Shown here piece after piece: positions 13,479-26,646 of a stretch of DNA of 64,000 bases (position 1 is the first letter of the stretch; every line of letters begins with the position of its first letter). Under the pieces are notes generated by a model. It searched no databases. It worked only from the letters and a program-made list of their open reading frames with translations, and was not told where the DNA came from. Origin of the DNA: Camelus dromedarius. Taxonomy: Eukaryota. Made by a program: the position numbers and the translations under genes. The stretch spans positions 86,988,001-87,052,000 of the forward strand of contig NC_087436.1 of the NCBI RefSeq assembly GCF_036321535.1, in the 5' to 3' direction.

Positions 13479-14879
13479 AAAAAATCCATATAAACCTAAT
13501 TTAAAATTAAGTGTTCCTCAAAGTGACAAGTATGCATTTTCTTTACTTATCTTCTAATGAGAACTTTTTACTCCTCTTTAACACAATTCATTTATTTTGT
13601 CTAGTACGAAGAGGATTTAGAATACCCACTGACGGCTAAAGAGTTCAGGAGTTTTAGATAAATAAAAATTCTGCACATCAATAAAAAATAATAAATAAAT
13701 AAATAAAAGTAGAAACCTTGGCCATAGCTTATTTCATAAACCCTATAAACAGCAGATAGTTAAATCAAAATTTTTCCACAGTGAAGCACCAGAGTTTTGA
13801 AAAAGCTACGTAAAGATTTTGAAAACTTTTTAAAGGTTCATATTGTAACAGTACACAGTTTGTGTAGTATTATTTTCCTGACCCCTAGCACAGGGCAGAT
13901 GTGACTGTCTTGCTTTCTGCTCCTACATGACCCAGGATGATACCCAAAAACCTAATTCTGTGACATCAGATTTATTTCCATGGCAACTGTCTGTAATGTT
14001 ACAAACATTGGATTATTGACTGGTTCAGGATGAAGGTGAAAGAAGACTCCTATTCGAACAGGATGATCCAAAACCAACACCAAGGGGAATACTGCCAGAG
14101 CTGCTTCCAGCAGTGTGTCCTTTTTGAAAATGTTCTCATTACTCCTCAGCTTTGTTTTATTTTGTGAGGGGTTTTGTTGTCTTTTGTTGTTATTATTGTT
14201 TACTGTTTTAGTTTTGTTTGTTTGCTTTACTTATTTGTCCCTTCTACCCCCAGAGGTGATTGAGTGAGAAAAATGGTTATTTTTAGTAATAGAAGCCCCC
14301 TCTCTTAAGAAGCAGTCTCCACCTTCGTTTAATTCTTCCTGCATAAATAAGATTTATTTTGGAACTTCAGTCAAAAACATCTGTACTTTGTGCTGGACAA
14401 ACATCTGCTTTCCTCTAAGAGCTGCTGGCCTTCCTGATGGTAGATAAACCCACATTGCTCTCTGAAAGCCCCTGGTAGAGCAGAGGAAGAATGTAGAGTG
14501 GGAAAGAGAACCCACTCATTCTTTAACCCAGAGCGCCTCTCCGTGGCCACAACAGGTTACTACAGAAGCAAGATGAAAGTATTCAAGCTGTTTACCAGTT
14601 TGTCTCCATTCCCTGCCCCCCCAAACTTAATACGTTTTTAAACCCAAAATATATTTTCATAAACATTTTACTTGACGACGTAGTATGATACAAAGCTTCT
14701 GAGAGCACATAGAGCTATTTGACCATCTCGGAAGATGAGCCACTGTTAGCGAGCATTCTACTTGAGATATTTTTCTAGTCACGGTGGGAGACCTGTGCTG
14801 ATCAGCTTTTAAAATCTTATCCAAACCACCCAATGATTGATAACATGCCTTTGAGAGATTTTGTTTCTTCTGGGAAGCC

Positions 14880-15068
14880 TGCTCTGACTCTCATGCTGCT
14901 TCCTCCAAAGTTAGATTGGTTATAAATTTTTTTAACTTACTTTTCTGTATTCCTTACTAGGTTATAAATTCCAAAGCAGAGCTATTATGTTCCTCACCTC
15001 TGTTTTCCCAAAGCACAGCACAGAGCCTGGCACATAGTAGGTCCTCAGTAAATGCTGGATGAATGATA
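14880..15068 (+). mobile_element. L2 3' end
   Basis: agcacagagcctggcacatagtaggtcctcagtaaatgctggatgaatga is the canonical L2 terminus. Confidence 0.8.
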
Positions 15069-16229
15069 GGTGTTTAAGGATCAACAGTGGTAGATCAGAG
15101 GCATAAAATCTGTAATCTTGACCTGTGTCCTGACCATCCAAGTATATGGTTCATCTTTATTACTATGTTTTTCTATACTTACTCTTTGAAAATTACCTTA
15201 AATATAGTGAGTTTGCTTAATGAGAAACTGAGGTAACAAACAATAGACCCTATAATAGCTGGACTTTGTGATATAGTTCCTCTTCTCCCTCCTGACTTGC
15301 TGGCTCTTGGCTTGTTCTGCTAAATCATTAGCTTGTAATGTCTACTTTTTATTCAAAACATCTGCCACCCAGTACTACACCAGTAAAATCGGCTAGTGAA
15401 TGCGATAAGCTCAGAGAAAAAATAGTCCCATTTCCCTAATAGCAGGGAACGCTGAGTTATGCTACTTTTTGGAGACCAGGGATCCCCCACCCCAACCATT
15501 TTCTTTATTGTCCACTCACCGACCGTCTGCACTGAAACGTGCTATGTAGGAAATATTTTTTTAAAAGGTGCGTTTAACTGTATTTTGAGAATTGAGTTAA
15601 ATCCTACCAAACACCTGGATCATTTAACACACATTTATTAATCTCCTACTGTGTGTTTGGCATTGTGCTAGGATTAGTGGAGTGGGTAAGACAGTCCTCC
15701 CCGGACATCGTGGGGAGACCAAGGGATCCCTGATGCAGGTGATCTGCACTCTAATCCAGGGCTGAACACACAACAGGGTTGAGATGGGGGAGAGTGTGGT
15801 GCCTCTGAGGTGCTTGATAAATGCTGCATGAGTTGAATCCAAGGCCTTTTTAAGGAACTGGAAGCACCTTTGTGTATTGCAAAGCCAGGCTGCAAACAGT
15901 GTCTTGGATTACAGGAGAGAATAGTTGGTCTAATAATGTTACATACCACACTGAAAAAACGTTCATTTGGGGCAAGGCAAGGAAGGAACGCTTGGATTTT
16001 AGGTGTGGCCAGTTAAAATCAGAGACTCTTGACTATAATCCCTTTCTGACCTACCCTCCCCAGCCCCACCCAGCGTGGGCCAATGACACTGACTTATCAA
16101 AAACTCTGAAACTTTCTTCTCCAGATTTTTATGAAAGTTGTTCCTTCTGCCTGGTACAGTCACGGCCACTCTGTGTCCAGACCAACTCCTTCCTCCTCCT
16201 GGAGGCGCCTCCTCTCTCTCTTAGCGCTC

Positions 16230-16400
16230 CGTGCTCCCCACTGCTAGCACCTGTCACACCGTGATGTAACCTCACTCACCTGCTTACCTGCCCGTCTGCC
16301 CTCCACAACTGGGAGCTGCATGGGGAAGGGTGCCTGTCTGTTTCCTCCAGGGCCTTATACTTGCTTGGCACTTCGAGGCTTAATAAAGATGTGTTGCTCA
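16230..16400 (+). mobile_element. L2 3' end
   Basis: tagcacctgtcacacc...actgggagctgcatggggaaggg...cttggcacttcgaggcttaataaagatgtgttg. Confidence 0.65.
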
Positions 16401-17559
16401 AACTAGTTAATTAATTTCCAGTGGTTCTCTGGTACTGTGTCGCTGTACATGACATCAGAAAACCAGATTTTCTTTAGTTGACCCTTTTTATTTTGTGCTG
16501 GAAGAAGAGACAAACTCTTCTCATCTAGATGAAAGGAACAGAAACTCCTCACTGCATAGATTGCAAGCGTGTCCTTTCCTTCCGTGGTAAACATGGGAAG
16601 TCTCCTGGAGTATAGGAAAGTTGTTTTTTTCTTAATAAAATGGAAGATATACAGTCTAGGATCTTCCCTTGAGCCTGTTTACTCATTTATAAACCAGGGG
16701 TTGGGCCTGATGGTCTCAGAGGACCTTACAGCAAAAGTTGTTCTAGGAAGCCACACCGTAAATACTATAAAACCATCTTTTTACTGCCAACATTTCACAT
16801 AATGTTTATTAAGATTTTGTAAAATGCTCATGAGGCGTTTAGAAGACAAAGTGAAGAGGTTGCCCCTCCAACCGCCTCTAGCACACAAAACCTAAATGAT
16901 TTTTGTTGACTAAATGGAGAAAAAACACAGTGAAGGAAAACCTAGTAGTTAAATGAGAAACTTATTTACTGTTGATGGGATTTTCAAGAAAGAAAGGCAG
17001 AATTGTCTGCAAGGGCAGAAGTGGACAATTGTTGTGAAAATGTGTTACTCAAACAGTGCCATTATTTATTTACCTGGGAAATGGCCCATGAATCCACAGT
17101 GGAAAACCTGTATAGTAAGAGAATTAGGCCACAAAACTAGAGTATCTGTACTTACAGGCCAGAGCTTGATCAATGCCATGAACTTACGATTTCAAAGGCT
17201 TTTTGAAATTTGGTCACAAGGAGTCCCAGAAAAGTACAGGAAGGTATAAGGAAGAATAGTCCATTCTAAAAAGATTCCTTTCCTTGGTTCTATGGGGTGG
17301 TTGTCCTGAGGGAGGGAGCAGCTTCTAACAGTTTTCCAGCACGGACTGCAGATGTGTCCGTTGTCCTCAAGGCCGCCGTTCGGACTGGGCGCGGGAGCCC
17401 TGTAACAGCCTAAGTGTGGTGGCGTTCAGTCTAGTGGGGCCCCTTCCTGTCATAAATAAGATTACTTTCATTTCACTTGTGGAGTGTGCTATTCCTCAGA
17501 GTAATGAATTTCCTCTGTGCCTTTGAGCACATAAACATGGTTTTCATTAGCTTTCTCTC

Positions 17560-17580
17560 AAAAAAAAAAAAAAAAAAAAA
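17560..17580 (+). repeat. Poly(A)21 tract
   Basis: Read directly. Confidence 0.95.
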
Positions 17581-17954
17581 GCAGGGGACAGCGAGGTGGA
17601 AGGAGAGAGAATCTGAGCAAAATTAATAGATGTCAATTAACTCCCTAAACGCAGACGGAATTTTTGTGAGCAGCTCCCGAAAGGCATTAGTTTGGCTCTT
17701 CGAAGAAGCTGCAAAAATTCAGTGGGGCAGAAAGGAGTACCAGTTTTATTGTACATGAACAAAGAAACAAAAAGAAAGAGAGTGTTCTTTTTTTAACCTT
17801 GTTTTAAGAACTGTATCAAAAAGTCTATCGGAGTGGTCCCTGGCCAGACAAATAGCCCTGGGTGCTTCTGGAAACTGAAGCCCACCACAGAGGACAACCT
17901 CCACGACCACGGTCACAGCTCAGTCTGCAGCCACCGCCTTTGCCTTTGCCTTTG

Positions 17955-17956
<2 letters not shown>

Positions 17957-17987
<31 letters not shown>
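17957..17987. repeat. (GT)15 microsatellite preceded by a short (GCCTTT)n run
   Basis: Read directly. Confidence 0.95.
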
Positions 17988-17988
<1 letters not shown>

Positions 17989-19619
17989 TTTTATGCTAAT
18001 AAGATATCCCAACCTTTCTCAATTTCAAACTAACCCCGTTGAGATTTAAGTCATGCAGTTCATAGTATAAACTACGCAGTTGTTCAATTTTATGGTTTGA
18101 TCTCTCATCAAGGAGTGATTCATCATAACATGGCTGGACCTTTCTTGTTGACGGTGCATAGTTGAGCCTGAAAGCCATTTTAGGATCCATTGACCTTTTG
18201 ACTTCTACCAGGATCATTGTTGCTGTTATTTTTGGAAATTTGAGGGCAGAGAGTGGAGGCATGGGTGTTCTCAAATCATCCCCGTGAAGGAGTTAAGTCA
18301 TTTAAAAAAAAAAAAGAAAGCCTACAATTGATTTTCAGAATTACTTATTCTCAATGGAAAAATCCCCAGATTTGTCTTTCCAGAATCTTTTTCTCTCCCC
18401 TAAAATCAACGTCTGTTTCAGCTCCCAATTCATAGTGTATTATGTGCTGATTTTTACCTCCAGAGAGGAAGAAATATGCTCTGAAAGCATCAAGGAATTG
18501 AAATTCCGGGTCACAGGCTGTCACTGAAAATTCACTGCAGGCAAACTTTAACCCAGATAAAGAAGCTTGATGCATTTCCCAGTGAGGTGTCATCAGCCCA
18601 GTTTTGACCTTCTGGATAGGTGTTCTCATTACAGTTAGAAGGACAGCTGGTTTCCATTTGAAATGAGGAGGATGGAGCTGTTTACGGAACCAGCGCCTCT
18701 CCTGGGTGAAGGCTGCTTTGCTGAAATGTGTACAACACGCAGCAAGGAACCTTAGAAACAAGCTTCCATTTCGCTTAGCTGTGGCACAGGAAATTATTTC
18801 TGGCTTGTTGTTGGGAATGAAGAGAGCACTGCATATTAAAAATTCCCCGTAGTTGTTTAATATTTACGCGCTAGTGTGCTAGTCCCTAATCAAGTCCTTC
18901 TCCTCCGTAAATCATGTCAACTCTGTCACTGTTTTGATTGGAAGCATGAATTGTAACATTGAAAATCTCCCAGGACAGTAAACCTCTGCAGCTGTGGAAG
19001 GCTGGAGCTATTTACTGGGATTATTAAAGGAACCTGCATGACTTCTTGGGGGGAGAAAAGCTAAGATGGAGTGAAATTCATAAGGTGCAGAGGGATTTAA
19101 AATGAACATTCTATCATGAGCACAGCCTCATAACAATATCCTCTTAGAAACAGATACAGTATAATAACGGTTCGGTGAATTGACACACATAATATTCTGT
19201 TGTCTTTTTTGCTTTTTCAGAAGGAAAAATAGAGTCCAAATGTGAATATGAAAGTAGACATACTTAATGCTTTAGAACAGTGTTTGAACTGAATAGTTTT
19301 TCAAGGTCCTCTGTGGAAACAAATGTCACCTTTATTTCCTGAAGGCCTTTTGAAGGGTTTGCCATTAATGCTTTTATGGCCTTAATGCTCCTTGGAACAA
19401 AAGAAGTGGGGACGTTTTACATTGTCATTATCTAAAGATGTGGCTAACTAGCCTGCTGTTTGGGGACCTGAGAAATGTCCTCGGAGTACAAAGGATGTGT
19501 TGGAGGGGCTGGATCCCAACAAATGGAAAAAAGAACAGAGGGAACTGAAAACTCATGCTTAGGAGCTGAGACCAACGCCATGCCTAAGATAAATCTTTTC
19601 CAGGATGTTTCTTTGTTCA

Positions 19620-19745
19620 CTGTTCATTCCTTTATTCAGTCATTTATCCCTTTAAGAAATGTTTATTGAGCATCTACACTGAACCCAGAACTATGCTGGG
19701 GACTGGGAGGTCTAATTTAAAGGCAACTTGCCCCCAAGGACAGAA
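19620..19745 (-). mobile_element. L2 3'-end fragment
   Basis: ttcattcctttattcagtcatttatccctttaagaaatgtttattgagcatctacactgaacccagaactatgctggggactgg. Confidence 0.7.
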
Positions 19746-20444
19746 CTTCCTGCCAAGAATGTTCTGTCCTCATCACTGCAGTGGAAGAAGCAGCTGGACC
19801 TCCAGTTCAGCCTTGATGTTCAGCAGAGCTCAGTGTGTCTGCATCTAAAAGCACAAACCTGTTTGTCTAGCTGTTGTTCTTTTAATTGCCAGCATCTTCG
19901 CTGTTGTGTAAAAGCCATTATTCATTTTAAAGGCAACCTTCTAATTGGACATAAATCTCTGTTGCATCTGGAAGAAGCAGTACAAGGCCCTAAGAAACAG
20001 TTTATAGAAAATATTTATAAGTCATTTGAAGAAAATAACTGCAAATTTGGCCTAATTCCAAAGTTAACTGTCAAGGGTAAACATCATAAGATCCTGCTAA
20101 GCTATAGAAGTGTAGTGAATGTATTTTCTTTGGGGCAAAAGCAGGATAATTAGGGATGAAACTTCTGAAATATTAACTCAGTGAAGCAAATGCAGGACTT
20201 CTGGGGACTCAGTAATCATGTGGGAGGCTGGACACTGTGGGAGATACAAGGTAGGCTAGATGGTCTCCAGCCTAATCTAGGGCAGGAAATGAAACTTAAG
20301 CCCTTGACTTAGAGGGCGATGTGCTCCAAGCTATCAGTGCAGCCCCAGAAAGTACAGGGAGCACCAGCTCCTGGAGGCCAGAAGGCCAATGAAATGTTGG
20401 GGCCTTGGGAAAGTTACAAGAAGCGAGACTGAAAGCATGCACAG

Positions 20445-20680
20445 AGCCATCCTGTGTTCCCACCTGGAATGTATGTGCCATTCCTGGCCTTGTTCCTCAA
20501 GAAAAATAGTTTAGAATTGGGCAAGTTTCAGAGAATGATAAAGGGGAGCAAAGGTGATGGTCAGAGAGGACACGTGCCATATTAGGAAAAAACAAAAAGG
20601 TTGAGATTCTTCAGTCTGTAGAAATGGAGGTTGAGACTAGTTGTGTCTATAAAAGAAGGTTATGTACAAGGTCAGCGCTA
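20445..20680 (+). mobile_element. CR1/L3 LINE fragment (RT C-terminal region)
   Basis: cccacctggaatgtatgtgccattcctggcc...tttcagagaa...gccatattaggaaaaaacaaaaaggttgagattcttcagtctgtagaaatggaggttgag resembles the CR1 ORF2 end. Strongly diverged. Confidence 0.5.
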
Positions 20681-20972
20681 ATGCTCAGTATTACTAGCAG
20701 CAGGAGAGAGCCATAGCGATGGGGAAGCCTGGAGCAAGACATTTCCTCTCTTCAGGCTCCAGTTTCTTCTTTTGTAATCCACCTTCCAAAGTGTATTCAG
20801 TAGCATACCTGGCCTACAAGGTGCTTACTGAGAAACAGTTATTCTTTGGCCAAGTAAATTTGAAAATCCATACCATAACTTCTTCCAGGAGATTCACCAT
20901 TTGTATTTGATATTAAAAGCTCTCAGAAGGCCATCCTTAAGGAAAACCTCTTTGATTTTTGTGGCTCTTAAG

Positions 20973-21236
20973 CAGTATTTCCCAAACTCTTTGGCCGTAG
21001 AACCGTTTGTTCATATAATGCCTATGAGGACTTTTGAAAGTGCTTTTTGTTGGGGAGAGGGTATAGGTCAGTGGTAGAGCAAGTGCTCAGCATGCATGAG
21101 GTCCTGGGCTCAGTCCCCAGTGCCCAACATTTAAAAAGAAAATAAATAGATAAACCTAATTACCACACACACACCCCCACACAGGTTAATTTTTAAAAAA
21201 AGAAAAAGAAAGAAAGGAAATGCTTTGGGAAGACTG
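20973..21236. mobile_element. hAT-Charlie-type MITE interrupted by a SINE
   Basis: Terminal inverted repeats cagtatttcccaaa (20973) and tttgggaagactg (ending 21236). No clear 8-bp TSD remains. Confidence 0.5.
21052..21216 (+). mobile_element. tRNA-derived SINE (Vic-1-like)
   Basis: ggggagagggtataggtcagtggtagagc...gcatgcatgaggtcctgggctcagtcccc...taaacctaattacc. Flanked by imperfect repeats gaaagtgcttt and gaaatgcttt. Confidence 0.88.
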
Positions 21237-22084
21237 GACTCCAAAATCTTTAAGGTTCCTGGAAGAAAGTTAGTCCCAGACAGAGGAAGTGCTTCCTGAC
21301 AATGTGAAACTTATTACTTCTAGAGCTGATACAAGAAGAAAATCATAGTTTGCAAGAAGCAGGAGTTTATAGCCACTTATGGACGATGGCAGGTTTGTCA
21401 AAGGTCATTGGGAGGTGAGGTTCAGAGTACAAAGGAAAACCATTCTAATCCATGCTGCGCTTCTGGGAGCTGCTACTGAGACCCAGGCCTTCGCATCAGG
21501 ACTTAGATTGCTGCATCAGGACGTGACAGGCGCCATCAAATGAGAAAGTATGTAGAGGCAGCTCATTTAAATTTTGGCTAAATCAAGCAGGTCTTTCTGC
21601 CTCATAATGAAATTATAGGCAATTGGAAAACACTTCTCTTGGACTTTTTGGCCTGTCACATTCCATTATTTAAAATTTTGAGTTCATGTCCATTAAGACG
21701 CTATCATTTGTTTTCTGTAGCCTGTCTCCAAAAACCTGGCTAATCATCCAGGTTCAACGGTTTTGTAGACTTGTTTGCATGTGTTTTTTTCCCCTAGAAA
21801 CCTTTTGCTATTTTGAAAAATGTTTTATGCACGTCTCCCCCCTGGAGCTGCTGGCCCACTTTTCCTCGTTTCCCTACCTTTCCCACCTCTCTGAGCATGT
21901 GTATATAGCCGCAGTGTCCTTCCAACATTATAAAATGTCTTCCTGTTATTTATTGGACTTTAGGGAGAGCAAATGAAAATGACAGATTGAAAAACTAAGG
22001 CTGCGAATAGCTTCCTTGCTTTCCAACACATTTGAGCCTCTGATCCTTTTCCTTCATCTTCCCCATTGTGCTGGACTTTCTCCA

Positions 22085-22425
22085 CTGCCCACTCCTCTCT
22101 ACCCTGCTTCATGTCGGGGGTGGGAAGGGAAAGGTCATCCTGTGTGGACTGCACCCACGGGCTCCCTTGCCCTGTGGCTTCTGGCCGGGATCGGCTAATG
22201 GAGAGGCACCAGCTGGAGGTTGTAGGAGGTCTGGACACTGCTTCCTTCCCTTCCTCTTCAGACCTGCGCGTGGCCTCTGTTGTTACTAGCCCCAGAGTCC
22301 TCCACCTCCATTTGTTAGTTTTTCTAAGCCCCGCCCACATCTTAGTAAATAGCCCTTTTATTAAACTCTCCCCCAAATTACCCATTGAGTGTGTCATCTA
22401 TTTCCTGCAGACTCTGACTAACGTA
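22085..22425 (+). mobile_element. LTR33-like ERVL LTR
   Basis: ggctcccttgccctgtggcttctggccgggatcggctaatggagaggcacc...gtaaatagccctttta ttaaactctccccaaattacccattgagtgtgtcatctatttcctgc resembles the LTR33 consensus. Confidence 0.75.
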
Positions 22426-22749
22426 CCCACCCTCCTGTAACCTTCTCTGTCTTTTTTGCTGTCTCGCCAATAGCACCACTGTTCAGTAGAGCCCAGCTCA
22501 GGTTTGCCTTCTTCAGGAAGCTTCTCCATTCCACATGAATCTCTTCTTGAGATCTCCTCGCCCTTACACCCTGCCCCACTCAGCAGCACCTAAAAACACT
22601 CTCTTGTGCCGACCTAACTGCTCTGAGACTGATGCTCTTCATGCTCAGAGCTGAAGTCTTGTCAGGGTGCCGGAAGGGGGCTAATGAGTGAGGGTTTCCA
22701 GTTGGCAACCTGACTGGCTACTGCTCGCTAGTTATCAGACTTTGACAGA

Positions 22750-22943
22750 GTGCTTCCAGGCACTATGAAGCAGATTATAGAATTAGCAGGTGGGGACTCT
22801 TATTATCTCCATCTTACAAACACAGACGCTGATGCAGAGAAGTTAGGTAGCTTGCCCCAGGACACACCAACTGTAAATTCTGAGCTAGAATTTGAACCTA
22901 AGCAGTCTAGCTCCAGAGTCCATGCTCTTACCACTACAGTAAG
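22750..22943 (-). mobile_element. MIR SINE
   Basis: attatctccatcttacaaacacagacgctgatgcagagaagttaggtagcttgccccaggacacac...gaatttgaacctaagcagtctagctccagagtccatgctcttaccactaca. Confidence 0.85.
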
Positions 22944-25112
22944 CCACCTCTCGCAAGTATTTTTTTAAGTTTTTGAATTACTAATTATCATTTAAAATTC
23001 AGACTTCACATGACAATCTACATTTCTAGTGCCTCTTGGAAAAAATGGACTATCTGGCTATTGGGACCCAGAGGCCATGGCAACCATGGGCCAGAGGTAA
23101 GAAGGGGCTGCCGTGTTCAGGTGTGGGTGGCTCTCCAGCTCGTGAGGGTCTCTGCTCAGCCTGGGCCTGCCTTCCTGCTCTTTCCCATCCTTTGGAGCAT
23201 TGGGTCTGGGACTCCAGAATGAGTGATTTTTATGTGTAGCCTTTTAGAAACCATCCCCATGCCTTTGGTTATTTCCCACACGAACTCCTGTTAAGCAGCT
23301 AGATAAGGTTTGAGGAGGGTGGAGTACATACTGTATACTCCTCTCACCCCTCGCTCACAGTGGGTGGTACCTGAGAAACACCTGTGGATTGGAAGAAAAC
23401 GACTTGCTCATGTTCAATAAGTTAACTAAGTAAGGTGGCTTTGGAAACTCGGTGCAGACATGGGAGGCATCCTTGCACTTGGGTTGGGTTTAATCTCTTA
23501 GAACAGTTTGCCTGTAAAGGCTCACAAAAATCTATCCGATTCCTAAAACATAGCTGCTGTGGGCGGTGTTGCTACTGGTCCCAGCGAGAGGAGGGTCTGC
23601 GTCACCTCCAGGCCCCCTGCTGTGAGGTCTGTAGAGAAAACAGCCACCGCTTGAGAGGGTTGTAGGAGAGGGGAGAGCCTGCCCTGGGGTGGAGCGAGAA
23701 GGTGAAGGGGGGTTTCAGAGCAGAAGTTGAAACTACGGAGGAACTTGTTGCTGAGTGGACATGAGTTCCAGAAGGCATAGACGTTTGGAAGTTGGGCAGG
23801 GAAATGGAGGCAGAGTAGGGCTGTGCAGAGCCATACTGGGAACAAGAGTGATGAGGAATGACTGGGAACCTCGGGTGGCAGATATGAAAAGAGGGTGCAG
23901 GATCTGTTGGGGTTAGTCCTAGGGGTCTCCAAGGCTGTTGTGGTGGTGGGGCCATGGGTGTTGAAGGAAAGGCGAGGGTAGGGGAGGGAAAGGTTTTGCT
24001 AGGGGCACACACAGCTCCGGGCCCCCTCTTCTTCCTCTTTTCTCCTGGAGTGGGGGGTGGGGGGAAGGGCATGATCCAGGTGTTCACCGCTAGCTCAAAG
24101 GCGGTGTGGCCATCGTCCCTGTGGAGATCACAGCAGACTGCCCTGTTGGGGATGATGCCTTTTACATTTGTGAATGCACATAAAATGCAGACAATTTCAG
24201 CAGAACCTGGATACTACTATAAAGCACAAGCTAAGAAGCTTGCTTCAGTCATGTTAAGAGCACATAAGTAAGTCTTTGTTTTTCCCAGTGTGATACCCTT
24301 CACATCTCTTTGATTGCAGGTTTTATTATTCCATCTTAGTGTACTTTGACTCTTCTTTATGAGACAAAAGGACTTCAAGAAATTGATGCCAATCTAAGAA
24401 AATGAATCATCTTTCCTTAGACAGAGGGCTGGTGGATTGTAATAGAGTAATTGACACACCTACTGATGAAGGACTATGAGGAGGCTCTGGTGCCTGCAGC
24501 TGCCTCTTCTGTTTAATGTGTGTTGGTGGGGGTTGAGGGGGGTGGGGTGCTCACAAACTCCTCCTTGTAGCTGGAAAAAGTGGTTGAGGGTGCAGCATTG
24601 GCCAAGACTTGGGGCTCCAGGTCCCAGCTGAGTAGAGTCAGATACCTGACCTCCATAAGGCGGGCCAGGGGCTTTCCTGACAGTAGAGATCAGCTATGGA
24701 GGGTGCGTCTTATTCACACCGCTTGGGACTCCATGGAGAAGTACAGGATTTGCAGATCTCGGCAGAATCTATTGCCTTGGCCTCCACGGATTTAGGGAGT
24801 GCAGTCATGACCAAAGTTGAATAGAAATCCCCATCTCTCCCAAGAGTGGTGAGTTTTCAACAGGAAAAAAATGGATATATAAGACTTAAAAATACTTCCT
24901 GGCAGTGAGCAGTTTCCCTGACTCTACCCGCCTCATTCCCGGTGGTGCATGTCCTGTCCTTGGGGATTTAGGCAGGGGAATCACCCTGGAAAATTTCTAG
25001 GCTGTCCCCAACAGAATAAGCAAGGGTTGAACCTTCCTGCCACTCTGTCCCCCCCTTTTGCCTGTCTGTCTGTCCCCAACCACACTTGGCATACGATCAG
25101 TGCTCTCAACTT

Positions 25113-25291
25113 CCAACTCTACCACTTACTAGTTAGTTGTGTGACCTTGGGCAAGTTACTTAACCTCTCTGCGCCTTAGTTCCTTTGTCAAAAGGAATCA
25201 TAATGCTACCCATCTTGTAGGGTTGTTTTAGGAACTAAATGAATTGTAAACAACATCTGGCATGTAATGAGGGTAAATTAGTGTCAGTTAT
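25113..25291 (+). mobile_element. MIR SINE
   Basis: Near-consensus core ctctaccacttactag...tgtgtgaccttgggcaagttacttaacctctctgcgccttagtt. Confidence 0.88.
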
Positions 25292-25910
25292 AGGACATAT
25301 TTTGATGACAATGACAGTGGGTTTCTGCCGAGCCACAAGGTCACCTTTATACAAGGTAGAACCAGGTTGGCGTCATACTTCTCTGGCAAGCAGATGTCGG
25401 TGACTGAAGGCAGCCTGACCTGGCCTCTGCATGGCACTTGTTTATGTCTTCTTTCCATGCTCTCCAGCCTTCTGGAGCTGAGACACCCACTGGATTGGAC
25501 AGCTCCAGACAAGAGTGAGCCTGAATCAGACCCCAGAGGTCTCCATCACTGACCACATGTCGTGTGTATGTTGTTATTCTGTTTCCTTTGTGGCTCAGGG
25601 ATGGACACCTAAGTACTGCTTCTTTTTATGGAAGGCTCTGACTAGCATATTGGCTGATTAAAAGGAAGGCCTCGTAGAGCATTCATTTTGAAGAGCATAG
25701 TAATACTTAAGAAGCAGCACTATTTCAGGCATTTATTACAGACTGTTTATTTCCTAAAATAAGGAGGGCAAGCTTTTCGTTTACTTCCTCCTAATGAGAA
25801 TTCCTCCAGGGTCTGAAGGCTGTTGTTGTGTCGTTCCCCGCCTCCCCCACATCACAGCCTACCCCGTCCAAGGAGCAGAGGACCAGTGCCATCGTTAAAG
25901 TTGTCATTTA

Positions 25911-26095
25911 GGGAACTAAATGACAGCTCGGTGGTAGAGCACGTGCTTAGCATGCATGAGGTCCTGGATTCAAGCCCCAGTACCTCCATTTAAAAAAAGA
26001 AAAATATATATATATATACACACACATATACACATAAACAAATAAGCCTAATTACCCACCCCCAAAAAATAATTAAAAGAAAAAGAAATTTTTTT
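25911..26095 (+). mobile_element. tRNA-derived SINE (Vic-1-like) with (TA)n(CA)n in the tail
   Basis: cagctcggtggtagagcacgtgcttagcatgcatgaggtcctggattcaagccccagtacctcc. TSD aagttgtcattta (25898-25910) and aagttgtaattta (26096-26108). Confidence 0.9.
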
Positions 26096-26433
26096 AAGTT
26101 GTAATTTAACTTGAGTAGGAATCCTCTTCCACTCTGCCCTTAGAATTGTAGCAAGCTGCCTTTGCTGAGCAAGTGTATCTAAAAAGTTTTAATATATTTC
26201 AAATCCTATCACCAATTCCTCTCTCCTCTGGGAGGTATTCCCTCACCCCCATCCTGTTACGTAAAATATTTGGTCCTCTGTGCTACTTCTGTGCTGGGAC
26301 ATACCTTTATTATGTACTTTCATTATTGTACTTATTACACTACTTTAACATTTGGTGACTATTTAATAGTGCCCACTGTGTGCTCAGCACAGGGCTAGAC
26401 TCTGAAGATCTAATCACAAATCAGGCTCCAGAA

Positions 26434-26646
26434 CAGTGTTGTCTAATAGAATTTCCAGTGATGATGGAAATGTTCTGTATCTGTACTGTCCATACTGTCC
26501 ACCACAGTAGATGCTGTCCACACGTGGCTATGGAGCACTCGAAGTGTAGTGAGTGCAACTGAGGAGCTAAATGTGTAATTTAATTCATTTATATTTACAT
26601 TTAAATAATTATATGTAACTAATGACTACTGTAGTGAACAGCACCG
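26434..26646 (+). mobile_element. MER3 (hAT-Charlie) DNA transposon, full length
   Basis: cagtgttgtctaatagaatttccagtgatgatggaaatgttctgtatctg...gtagtgaacagcaccg. 8-bp hAT-type TSD ctccagaa (26426-26433) and ctctagaa (26647-26654). Confidence 0.9.

Noticed and set aside
19195..19270. Strong-looking splice acceptor (tgtcttttttgctttttcag)
   Set aside because: All three downstream frames hit stop codons within about 50 nt and there is no convincing donor. A non-coding exon cannot be excluded.
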